From an uncultured Thermoleophilia bacterium (GTDB lineage: Bacteria; Actinomycetota; Thermoleophilia; RBG-16-64-13): DNA of 64,000 nt. The stretch is taken from NCBI GenBank assembly GCA_963749535.1, contig CAVVNF010000021.1, positions 3,413 through 67,412 of the forward strand, in the 5' to 3' direction. Of the stretch, positions 39,526 through 48,001 are shown piece after piece (positions within the stretch are counted from its first letter, which is position 1; each line of letters begins with the position of its first letter). The notes under the pieces were generated by a model. It did no database searches and had not been told where the DNA came from. It saw nothing but the letters and a program-made list of their open reading frames with translations. A program made the translations under genes and the position numbers.

Positions 39526-40884
39526 GTGAATCTTTCCAGGAGGACCGACGTGAAGTGTTGGGCAGGGCGCTCAGTTCTCTTGTTGCGAATACTCGCCGCG
39601 TGTCTCGCCGCATCCGCTGCACTTCTGCTTTTCGGTTGCGGCCAGGCCTCGCCGTCCGCTGAGTCCTCGTCTTCCGCTCATTCTCTGCAATCCACCCAGT
39701 CTTCACTTTCGGTCGGCTCCGCTGGCAGCCGACCGATATCCGGCAAGCCCTTCGAGATCTATCGCGTCACGGCCCAAGAGGACTTCTGGGAGAGTTGGAT
39801 CTCGGGAGATACAGTCGTTTGGCTCGAAAGTCCAGGACCGGGGACCGGCGCCGGTTACGGCATGATCTCCGCCGCGGCAAGCTCCGGCACCATCCTTCGC
39901 TCCTGGTCGCCGGAGACCGGAAAAGTCGAAGATGTCCCCGGCTCCAAGCTCGCAGCCCCAGATCTGCCGCCCGAAGGCGCCACGTACATGTCGACACTAC
40001 CGAGTTCCTGGGCTGCCGTCCTTTCCGGCGGCACTGGAACTCCGAAGGTCGTCTGGGCGGAAGGACCGAAGGAACTCGGGGACAACTACATCTTTCGCGG
40101 GCTCTGGAGCTGGGTCCCCGGCACCGAGCCGAAGCAGCTTCTCCCCGAGTCTTTCGGCTCTAGCACCCATCTTGCCGCCGGAGACGCGCTCGCCATATTC
40201 GTTCCCTCTGCTGCCTTCCTTTCTCACCCGCAGAATCATGACCCATCTGACCCGGCTAGTTGGCAGAAGGTCCTACTCATGACAGCGAACATGGATGCCC
40301 CGATCGAGGTCGACCCCTCCCACCCCGAACTGCCTGCTTCAGCCTTAGAGGGACTTTCCCCCTACTTCTCGTTCTGGTCGGGGACGTCGCCGGGCCAAGA
40401 CGTCTACGATCTGCGGACCGGTGCCAAGCTCGCGGTCCGCGTACCGGACCAGGGTTCGCTCATAGCCGGTCACTGGGCGGCCTCGTACAAAACTGATCCG
40501 TCCTTCGGCCGCACGAACAACGTGGATATCGTCCTCACCGACTTGGAGACGGGCGAGTCGAAGACAGTGACGAGCTTCGGCGTCGAGCAGTACTACTCGC
40601 CCGTTTTCGCGCTGAGCGCGGACTGGTTGGTAGTCCTGAAGCCAGGCAAGGAAGTCCCGACCAACGTCGACTCGACCACCACTCTCCCGGACCAGCACAT
40701 CGGCGCCGACCTGGTCGCCGCAGGCCCGGAGAGCCAGCGCAGTCCGCGCCAAAGCGGCACCTGCCGAGCGAGTGGCTCGAGCTACCCCACCCGGTGCTCT
40801 TTGCGCACCACCTTACGCGCCCCGGCGTGCCACGACGTGCTCCAATCCTTGGGCGGAACCACTTCATCCAGCCGGTCCAGCTGA
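39526..40884 (+). CDS. secreted lipoprotein, hypothetical (3' end uncertain)
   Basis: 452-aa ORF with a signal peptide and lipobox (AASAALLLFGCGQ), then a Ser-rich linker. The last ~35 codons overlap the convergent metV gene and look non-native. Confidence 0.6.
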   Translation: MNLSRRTDVKCWAGRSVLLLRILAACLAASAALLLFGCGQASPSAESSSSAHSLQSTQSSLSVGSAGSRPISGKPFEIYRVTAQEDFWESWISGDTVVWLESPGPGTGAGYGMISAAASSGTILRSWSPETGKVEDVPGSKLAAPDLPPEGATYMSTLPSSWAAVLSGGTGTPKVVWAEGPKELGDNYIFRGLWSWVPGTEPKQLLPESFGSSTHLAAGDALAIFVPSAAFLSHPQNHDPSDPASWQKVLLMTANMDAPIEVDPSHPELPASALEGLSPYFSFWSGTSPGQDVYDLRTGAKLAVRVPDQGSLIAGHWAASYKTDPSFGRTNNVDIVLTDLETGESKTVTSFGVEQYYSPVFALSADWLVVLKPGKEVPTNVDSTTTLPDQHIGADLVAAGPESQRSPRQSGTCRASGSSYPTRCSLRTTLRAPACHDVLQSLGGTTSSSRSS

Positions 40885-41453
40885 TCGATGCTCTTGAGGC
40901 GCGTGTAGATGAGTTGCCAGGCACAGGGGCGATCCGGGTCCACCTCGCAGTGCGTCTCGGTCGAGCCCCCGCAGGGGCCGTTCAGGAGCCGCTTGGCGCA
41001 GCGCGTGACGGGGCAGATGCCGCCGAACTGGGCCAGCATGCAGTCGCCGCAGCCCAGGCATTTCTCGGTCCAGATCGCCTGCTCCTCCAGAGTCCCCATG
41101 AACTGGGTGTTGAGTCCGGCGTAGACGGGCTTGTCGGGGAATCTCTCGGCGATGGCCTGCACGCCCACGCCGCAGCCGAACGAGACGATGGCGTCGACGT
41201 CAACCGCCGGCTCCGCCAGATCCTTGATGAATTCGTTCTCGCACTGCCGCTCGATGGTCACCTGGGTCAGCTCCAGGGCTTCGCCGTCAAGCCTGCGCGC
41301 CATGCGGATGGCGTAGGAGGCAATGCCCACCTCACGCTCACCACCGGCCAGGCATACCGTGACGCAGGTGCCACAGCCCACGAACAGCACCTTGCTGTGA
41401 CCCGCGATGAGGTTCTTCACCTCGGTGATCGATTTCGGGGAAGCGACGATCAT
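40782..41453 (-). CDS. metV: methylene-THF reductase-associated zinc-ribbon/Fe-S subunit MetV (MTHFR C-terminal-domain family)
   Basis: 223-aa ORF with cysteine clusters (GCGTCVTVC, CLGCGDC) and the hallmark LLNGPCGG motif. It shares an ATGA start/stop overlap with mvhD. Confidence 0.85.
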   Translation of the reverse strand: MIVASPKSITEVKNLIAGHSKVLFVGCGTCVTVCLAGGEREVGIASYAIRMARRLDGEALELTQVTIERQCENEFIKDLAEPAVDVDAIVSFGCGVGVQAIAERFPDKPVYAGLNTQFMGTLEEQAIWTEKCLGCGDCMLAQFGGICPVTRCAKRLLNGPCGGSTETHCEVDPDRPCAWQLIYTRLKSIDQLDRLDEVVPPKDWSTSWHAGARKVVRKEHRVG

Positions 41454-41947
41454 GATGTTCCTTCACTTTCCAATTGCCGGGTCTCCCTGAGCGGGCTCGG
41501 CCCCAGCGCCTTGACCGTGTCAACCATCTCCTGCACGCTCTCGACGAAGGTGGGGGCCATGGCGGCCGAAAGGTTCACCATCTTGAGCCGTTCGTCCCCG
41601 ACGCCGATCTCGGCGAGCATCTCGCGGATGCGGTCCGTGCGCTTGCGCGCGCGCAGGTTGCCCTCGAGGAAGTGGCAACCCCCTTCCAGGCAACCAGCCA
41701 CAAGAATCCCGTCGATGCCCTTCAGGAAAGCCTCCAGGATATGCTCCATCTCGATCTTGCCGGTGCACGGCGCGTGGATGATGCGAACGTTGGCCGGGTA
41801 CTGCATCCGCTTGGAGCCCGCAAGGTCCGCCGCGGCATACGCACAGTAGTTGCAGCAGAAGGCGATGATCTCGGGTTCCCAGTCGGCGCCGAGCGTCGCC
41901 GCGGTCGCGGCCGCTTGCATCATCTCGGGCATCACAGCCTCGCTCAT
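41450..41947 (-). CDS. mvhD: MvhD/FlpD-like [2Fe-2S] electron-transfer subunit
   Basis: Start placed at ATG 41947 (MSEAVMPEMM), forming an ATGA overlap with the hdrA stop. The track ORF extends to 42148. Motifs: IIAFCCNYCAYAAADLAG, IHAPCTGKIE and LVAGCLEGGCHFLEGN. Confidence 0.85.
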   Translation of the reverse strand: MSEAVMPEMMQAAATAATLGADWEPEIIAFCCNYCAYAAADLAGSKRMQYPANVRIIHAPCTGKIEMEHILEAFLKGIDGILVAGCLEGGCHFLEGNLRARKRTDRIREMLAEIGVGDERLKMVNLSAAMAPTFVESVQEMVDTVKALGPSPLRETRQLESEGTS

Positions 41948-44900
41948 AGCCGCGCTCCATCCACCAACAGCTCGTCCAGCATGGCGACCAGCGCCTCGTC
42001 TTCCTGGTGCTGCAGGGTGATCGTCCTGGCCGGGCAGGAGGCCGCGCAACTGCCGCAGCCCATGCACATCGCGCCCTGGATCTCGGCCTTCATAAGCTCG
42101 TTGATCATGGGAGCGCCGTATGGGCAGACCTTGACGCAGGTGGCGCACGCCACGCAGTTCTCCGGATCGACCTTGGCCACCTGTCCGGGGATCTCAAGGA
42201 ACGCCTTGGACAGGACCGTCGTGGCTCGTCCGACTGTAGCCTGGGCCTGGGCGATGGTCTCGTCCATGAACCGGGGCGAGTGGGCTAAGCCGCAGAGAAA
42301 CTCGCCCTCGTTGGCCAGATCCACCGGCCGGAGCTTGGGATGCGCCTCGAGGAAGAATCCGTCGGCGGTGAGGGCACTGCGCAGCAGTCCGGACAGCACC
42401 GGGTTGCCGGCGGCCGGAGCAATGCCGGTGGAGAGCACCAGCAGATCGGGCCGCAGCACCAACTCGCGGTTGCTCGACGCGTCGTGCACGGTCACCTGGA
42501 GCCGTCCGCCTTCCTCGACCACGATCGGGTCGCCCTTTTCGGGATGGCGCACGAACAAGATCCCTTCTTCTCGGGCCTTCTGGAAGAACAGCTCCCGGAA
42601 TCCGTACGTTCGGATGTCCCGCCCCAGTACCGCCACGTTGGCGTCGGGCACAAGGCGCTTGATCTCCAGCGCGTTCTTGACCGCTTCGGAGCAGCACACC
42701 CGGCTGCAATAGCCGTGCTCCTCGTTGCGGCTCTCCACGCACTGGATCATCACCACGGTGGGACTCTTCTTGCCTTGCAGCTCAGGCGGAAGATCGCCCC
42801 CGGCCAGCACGGCCTCCAGCTTGCTCTGGGTAGTCACGTGCGGGTTCTTGCCGTTGAGGTACAGGTCGGTGGAGCGCTCCTGGCCGCCCGTCGCGACAAT
42901 AACGACTCCGTGACTGATTGGCAGCTCGCTCCCGGCCACGTTGAGAACGCTCTTGAAGTTGCCGACGTGTCCGGTGATGCTCGCAGCGGTGGTGCTCAGA
43001 TAGACCTCGATGCCGGGATGGGCTTCGACCTTGTCCACCAATCGCTGAAGATACGCCTCAACGTCGGCACCCTCGAGCGTGGTGTGCACATCGCGAAGCA
43101 ATCCGCCCAGGGCGGGCTCCTTCTCCACCAAGTGCACGTCGAACCCTTGGTCGGCGATGCCCAGCGCCGCGGTCATGCCGGCCAGTCCGCCGCCCAGGAT
43201 GAGCGCTGAGGCCGTCACCGGCAGTCGCCCGGTCTGCAGGGCCCTCAGATGCCGCGCCCGTGCCACCGCCATAGCCATCAGGTCGACGGCCTTTTCGGTA
43301 GCGGCGACGGGGTCGTCCTTGTGGACCCAGGAACATTGGTCGCGGATATTGGTCATCGCGAACAAGTACTGGTTCAGCCCGCTCTCGCGCAGCGTCTCCT
43401 GGAAGAGGATCTCGTGGGTCCGCGGCGAGCAGGAGGCCACGACCAGCCGGTTGAGCCGGTGCTTCTCGATCATGTCCTTGATGTGCTGCTGGTTGGTGTC
43501 CGAGCAGGTGTACATGCTGGCTTCGGCGTGACGCACGTTGGGCATGAGGGACGCCCTCCGGGCCACTTCCTCCACGTCGATGACCGACGCGATGTTCTGG
43601 CCGCAGTGGCAGATGAACACGCCCACCCGCGGCGCTTCGTCGGTGGTATCGCGCTCCCAGGGGTATTCGTGCCGCTGGATCAGATTGCCGCGGGCTTGGG
43701 CCAGTTGGTCCATGGCGCACGCCGCGGCCGCCGACGCCTGGGCCACCGATTCGGGGATGTCCTTCGGCTCCTGGAATGCTCCGGCCACGTAAAGGCCCGG
43801 TTTGGACGTCGCCAGCGGAGCCAGCCGCTCGGTCTGGGCAAAGCCGAACTCGTTGAGCTCCAACCCCAGCCGTCCAGCGGTTTGCCGGACACTGGCGGGA
43901 ACCTGCATGCCCACGCTGAGCACCACCAGGTCGAACTCCTCCTGCCGTTCGATCCCCGCCTCGTCGAAGTAGCGTATGCGCGGGTTCTTAGTGCCGGGCA
44001 TCTCGACCACCCGCGAGGGGATGGCCCGGATGTACTTCACACCGTGCTCGTCGCGAGCGCGGTTCACGTAGCTATCGAACTCCTTGCCGAAGGCGCGCAC
44101 GTCCATGCAGAAGATGGATACTTCCAAATTCTGGCCACGCGCGTGCTCTAAGGCGACCATGGCCTCCTTGGTGGCGCTCATACAGCAGATGGACGAGCAA
44201 TATCCGTTGCCTCGGGCGGCGTCGCGGCTGCCGACGCATTGGATGAACGCGATGCGTTCTACCTCACCGCCGTCCGAAGGCCGCTGGACATGTCCGCCGG
44301 TGGGACCCGCGGCCGAGAGCATGCGCTCGAATTGGACGCTGGACAGCACGTTCGCGTAGCGCCCGTGGCCGAACTCCCCGCGCAGAGAACCCTGGAACTC
44401 CTCGAAGCCGGGAGTCAGGATCACACTGCCGGCATCGATCTCGATCTCCTCGGGTTGCTGGTCGTGACACACCGCGCCGGCCGTGCAGACCTTGACGCAC
44501 TGCATGCATTCACTGCAAAGTCCGCAAGCGAGACAACGCTTGGCCTCCGCGACGGCCTGATCCACGCTGTAGCCCAGGTCGATCTCGGTGAAGCCGTCCA
44601 CGCGCCCAGATGGGTCGGCTTGCGGCATCTTCACGCGCTCCTGCCGCGGGGCGTCGGGCGTGGGGTTCTTGGCCTGCTCCACCGGATTCTCGGCCTCCGC
44701 CGCGCCGGAAGTCGCTGCCAGCTTGGCCCCTCGTAGGTAGGCGTCGATGGCCTCGGCGGCCTTGTGACCGTGCGCCATTGCATCGACCATAGAGGCCGGT
44801 CCCAGCACCGCGTCGCCGCCTGCGAACAGACCCGGGACGCCGGTGGCGAGCGAATCTTGGTCGGCCACGATCCGCCCGCCGGGGCCGGTGGCCACGCCCA

Positions 44901-46530
44901 GCCCGGCTGAGTCGATTCCCTGGCCGATGGTAACGATCACCGTGTCAGCAACCAGAACGGCGGTCCGCAGATCGTCGAACTGGGGATTGAAACGCCCCTG
45001 CTCGTCGAACACGCTGGTGCAGGCCCGGAAGGACACTCCCGACACCTTGCGCCCGCTCGTCTCGATCCGCGTCGGCCCGAGGCTGTTGTGGAAGACGACT
45101 CCCTCCTCAAGCGCCTCGGCTGCCTCCCAGGAGTGGGCCGGCATCTCCGCGCGACTCTCGAGACACGCCAGATGTACCGAAGACACACCGGGCAGCCGGC
45201 GGGCGCAACGCGCGGCATCCATGGCGACGTCGCCGCCGCCGATAACCAAGACGGTGGACCCGAGAGCCGGTGTCTCACCACTGTTGACCCGGCGCAGGAA
45301 ATCGAGACCCTCCCAGACGCCCGTAGCCTCTTCGCCGGCGATGCCCAGTTTCCGGCTCACCCAGGCTCCCGGCGCTGCGAAGACAGCTTTGAACCCGGAC
45401 TCCAGGAGACCCGCCGGGTCGGCGACGCGCGTGCCCGTCTTGGCCTCCACGCCCAAGTCGAGGATGTACTGGATCTCCTTGTCCAAGACGTCCTTGGGCA
45501 GTCGGTAGCTGGGAATGCCGTATCGCAGCATGCCCCCCAGGTGCGGCTGAGCCTCGAACAAGGTCACGCCATAGCCCAACAGGGCCAGGTCGGAGGCCGC
45601 CGTCAGGCCGGCCGGGCCGCCGCCGATGACTGCGACCTTGGCATCCAACTTGACGGCGGCGGGCTTGGCCGGCGGATACTCGCTCGGATTCGACTCAATG
45701 TAGTCGGCGACGAACCGCTTGAGATCGCGCACAGACACGGCCTCGTCGATCTCGCCGCGATTGCAGCTATCTTCGCAAGGATGCTGGCAGACCCGTCCGC
45801 ACGCAGCCGGGAGCGGGCAGCGCTCACGGACCAGCTCGTAAGCCTCCTTGAACTTGGACGCGGCAATGAGAGCCACGTAGCCTTGAGCGTTGACGCCGGC
45901 GGGACAGGATGACTTGCACGGCGCGCGTCCCGCGGCCTTAGAGATACCGAAGACGTTCGGAATCGCCTGTGGGTAGGGGCGGAAGATCGCCTTCCGCGTG
46001 CCAAGCCGGCGGTCGAACTCGCTTGGCAGATCGACCGGGCAGGCATCGGTGCAATCACCGCATGCGTTGCATTTGGCCAGATCCACGTAGCGCGGGTTCT
46101 GGCGCAGCTTCACCTTGAAGTTGCCCGGCTCGCCCGAGATCCCCTGCACGTCGGCCAGCGTGATGATTTCGATGTTCTTGTTCCGCGCGCATTCCACCAG
46201 CTTGGGCGAGATGATGCACATTGCGCAGTCGCCGGTGGGGAAGGTCTTGTCCAGTTGTGCCATCCTCCCACCGATCGCGGGCGAGGAGTCCACCAGATAG
46301 ACTTTGAAACCGCTCTCGGCGAGGTCCAGGGATGCCTGAATGCCGGTGATGCCGGCTCCGCAGACGAGTACGGCGCCTACGGCCTCGGGGCCGTTGGCTC
46401 CATTCCCATTCGGTCCCTTCCCGTTGCCTCCGGTGTGGCCGCTCATGGCCGCACCTCGGCCTTGGTTCGTGCCTCGGCCCTGTTTCGTGGCTCGGCCCTG
46501 TTTCGTGGCTCGGCCCTGTTTCGTGCTCAC
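41944..46530 (-). CDS. hdrA: giant HdrA-like flavoprotein: HdrA module interrupted by a GltD/NfnB-like NAD(P)H oxidoreductase module, followed by a second complete HdrA module
   Basis: 1528-aa uninterrupted ORF. aa ~50-200: FAD fold (VLVCGAGITGIQASLDLAESG) plus a ferredoxin motif (CNACGDCTDACP). aa ~200-605: GltD-type N-terminal Fe-S region (RERCPLPAACGRVCQHPCEDSCNRG) and two dinucleotide folds (VAVIGGGPAGLTAASDL...GMLRYGIPSYRLPK; VLVIGGGDVAMDAAR; LFAGGDAV). aa ~660-950: rest of HdrA-1 (FIQCVGSRDAARGNGYCSSICC). aa ~965-1528: HdrA-2 (VFICHCGQNI, ILGGGLAGMTAALG, MIQCVESRNEEHGYCSRVCC, C-terminal 2x[4Fe-4S] CVACATCVKVCP / CMGCGSCAASCP). Confidence 0.9.
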   Translation of the reverse strand: MSTKQGRATKQGRATKQGRGTNQGRGAAMSGHTGGNGKGPNGNGANGPEAVGAVLVCGAGITGIQASLDLAESGFKVYLVDSSPAIGGRMAQLDKTFPTGDCAMCIISPKLVECARNKNIEIITLADVQGISGEPGNFKVKLRQNPRYVDLAKCNACGDCTDACPVDLPSEFDRRLGTRKAIFRPYPQAIPNVFGISKAAGRAPCKSSCPAGVNAQGYVALIAASKFKEAYELVRERCPLPAACGRVCQHPCEDSCNRGEIDEAVSVRDLKRFVADYIESNPSEYPPAKPAAVKLDAKVAVIGGGPAGLTAASDLALLGYGVTLFEAQPHLGGMLRYGIPSYRLPKDVLDKEIQYILDLGVEAKTGTRVADPAGLLESGFKAVFAAPGAWVSRKLGIAGEEATGVWEGLDFLRRVNSGETPALGSTVLVIGGGDVAMDAARCARRLPGVSSVHLACLESRAEMPAHSWEAAEALEEGVVFHNSLGPTRIETSGRKVSGVSFRACTSVFDEQGRFNPQFDDLRTAVLVADTVIVTIGQGIDSAGLGVATGPGGRIVADQDSLATGVPGLFAGGDAVLGPASMVDAMAHGHKAAEAIDAYLRGAKLAATSGAAEAENPVEQAKNPTPDAPRQERVKMPQADPSGRVDGFTEIDLGYSVDQAVAEAKRCLACGLCSECMQCVKVCTAGAVCHDQQPEEIEIDAGSVILTPGFEEFQGSLRGEFGHGRYANVLSSVQFERMLSAAGPTGGHVQRPSDGGEVERIAFIQCVGSRDAARGNGYCSSICCMSATKEAMVALEHARGQNLEVSIFCMDVRAFGKEFDSYVNRARDEHGVKYIRAIPSRVVEMPGTKNPRIRYFDEAGIERQEEFDLVVLSVGMQVPASVRQTAGRLGLELNEFGFAQTERLAPLATSKPGLYVAGAFQEPKDIPESVAQASAAAACAMDQLAQARGNLIQRHEYPWERDTTDEAPRVGVFICHCGQNIASVIDVEEVARRASLMPNVRHAEASMYTCSDTNQQHIKDMIEKHRLNRLVVASCSPRTHEILFQETLRESGLNQYLFAMTNIRDQCSWVHKDDPVAATEKAVDLMAMAVARARHLRALQTGRLPVTASALILGGGLAGMTAALGIADQGFDVHLVEKEPALGGLLRDVHTTLEGADVEAYLQRLVDKVEAHPGIEVYLSTTAASITGHVGNFKSVLNVAGSELPISHGVVIVATGGQERSTDLYLNGKNPHVTTQSKLEAVLAGGDLPPELQGKKSPTVVMIQCVESRNEEHGYCSRVCCSEAVKNALEIKRLVPDANVAVLGRDIRTYGFRELFFQKAREEGILFVRHPEKGDPIVVEEGGRLQVTVHDASSNRELVLRPDLLVLSTGIAPAAGNPVLSGLLRSALTADGFFLEAHPKLRPVDLANEGEFLCGLAHSPRFMDETIAQAQATVGRATTVLSKAFLEIPGQVAKVDPENCVACATCVKVCPYGAPMINELMKAEIQGAMCMGCGSCAASCPARTITLQHQEDEALVAMLDELLVDGARL
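46454..46525 (-). repeat. four tandem 18-bp repeats at the hdrB/hdrA junction, encoding (TKQGRA)-like hexapeptides if translated
   Basis: Plus-strand units: cctcggccttggttcgtg, cctcggccctgtttcgtg, gctcggccctgtttcgtg, gctcggccctgtttcgtg. They sit between the GTG at 46530 (GTGA overlap with the hdrB stop) and an alternative ATG at 46446. Confidence 0.9.
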
Positions 46531-47420
46531 TTTTCGTGCCTCCTGCTTCGTGTCTCAGGCCCGGAGAACCCTATTGATTCCAGAAGTTCTTGCGGCTCCA
46601 CGACAAGGCTTTCGAGCGACACCTCACTCGTTGAGCAACCCATGGCCAGGCCAAGCAATTGCGTGAAATAGAAGATCGGTAGGTTGTACCGGCGTCCGTA
46701 CTTGGCCTCGATGTCCTTCTGCCGCATATCCAAGTTGAGCTGGCAAAGCGGACAGGCGGTCGCGATGCAGCCGACCTCGGCGGCCTGCGCCATCGATAGG
46801 ATCCTGTCGCTCAGTTCCAGGACGATGCTCGAGTCGGCGATGGAGAAGCTCGCCCCGCAGCACTCGGTCTTGTGCGGCCAGTCCACGACCGTGGCTCCGG
46901 CGGTCTCGAGAAGCTGGTCCATCAGCGTGGGGTTCTCCGCGTCGTCGAACTGCGTGACTTCGGGCGGACGCGACAGCAGGCAGCCGTAGTAGCAGGCCAC
47001 CCTGAGCCCAGTTAGCGGGCGGCGGATGGCCGCGGCGACTCCCGGCCCCACGTCCCGGCCCAATATCTCCAACAGATGCCGGACCGGCGTCTGGCCGTCG
47101 TAATCTCCTCCGATCACCTGCGCGACCTTGATGCGCGTGCCGACGTCGCCGGCGATGTGGTGATTGGCCATCTTTAGGCGGCTGTAGCAGGCGGCGCATG
47201 CTACGGCGACAGTCCGCCCGCGAGCCGCACGCAAGTTTTGCGCCGGCAACGCGTCGGCTAGGAGAGGATCGCTGCTGTGGGCGGCAGTCGAACCGCAACA
47301 TATCCAGTCCTCTAGCTCGGGCAGCTCCAACCCCAACTTGGCTGCTACAGCCAGTGTCGAGCCATGGAAATCTTTGGCTGTGCCATCAAGCGAACAGCCC
47401 GGGAAGAAGGTGTAGCTCAA
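46527..47420 (-). CDS. hdrB: heterodisulfide reductase subunit B-like (two CCG domains)
   Basis: Start placed at TTG 47420, preceded by AAGGAGG and forming a TTGA overlap with the hdrC stop. The track ORF extends to 47765. Motifs: YTFFPGCSL, WICCGSTAAH, YYGCLL, KTECCGASFS and ACPLCQLN. Confidence 0.85.
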   Translation of the reverse strand: MSYTFFPGCSLDGTAKDFHGSTLAVAAKLGLELPELEDWICCGSTAAHSSDPLLADALPAQNLRAARGRTVAVACAACYSRLKMANHHIAGDVGTRIKVAQVIGGDYDGQTPVRHLLEILGRDVGPGVAAAIRRPLTGLRVACYYGCLLSRPPEVTQFDDAENPTLMDQLLETAGATVVDWPHKTECCGASFSIADSSIVLELSDRILSMAQAAEVGCIATACPLCQLNLDMRQKDIEAKYGRRYNLPIFYFTQLLGLAMGCSTSEVSLESLVVEPQELLESIGFSGPETRSRRHEK

Positions 47421-48001
47421 GGCTCGCCTCCTTGTGTTGCCCGGCGAAACAGTTTCTCGCGCTCTTTCCGCCCGCCGACCCGCGGGCCCAGCAACGGCAG
47501 TTTGCCCTTTGCCATCATCATGGGCGCCTTGCTGGCATCCTCGAAGAGCCGCCTGGTGCGCAGCTTGAATTCGGCCATCAACCCCAACTCGTACACCCGG
47601 CCGCGCTTGCGAACGCTTTTCAGAAATGCGTCGTTGAACACGGGAACGGCCGTGCCCGCCGCCGCCAGTCCCTCGCTCAGGCTGAGTGCCCGCAGCGCGT
47701 CGTTCATGGCGGGGATGTCCACATTCTGCGGGCAGCGCGTGATGCACGTCTGGCACGACGTGCACTCCCAGATAAAGCGACTGGTGAGCACCGACTCGCG
47801 CTGGTCCATCTGTACAAGCCGTACGACCTCATGTGGTTTGAGATCCCCGCGGTTGGCGACCGGACAGCCGCTGGAGCACTTCGAACATTGCAGGCAGCTC
47901 ATCGGCGAGGCGCCGCTCGAAACCTTCACCTCGCTGGCCAGGCTGCCGCCGATCTCTTCGATCTCTATCGTTACCTGGGTCACCGTCGTTGCCGCGGTCA
48001 T
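47417..48001 (-). CDS. hdrC: heterodisulfide reductase subunit C-like (2x[4Fe-4S])
   Basis: Start placed at ATG 48001 (MTAATTV), forming an ATGA overlap with the upstream stop. The track ORF extends to 48736. Motifs: CLQCSKCSSGCP and CTSCQTCITRCP. Confidence 0.85.
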   Translation of the reverse strand: MTAATTVTQVTIEIEEIGGSLASEVKVSSGASPMSCLQCSKCSSGCPVANRGDLKPHEVVRLVQMDQRESVLTSRFIWECTSCQTCITRCPQNVDIPAMNDALRALSLSEGLAAAGTAVPVFNDAFLKSVRKRGRVYELGLMAEFKLRTRRLFEDASKAPMMMAKGKLPLLGPRVGGRKEREKLFRRATQGGEP

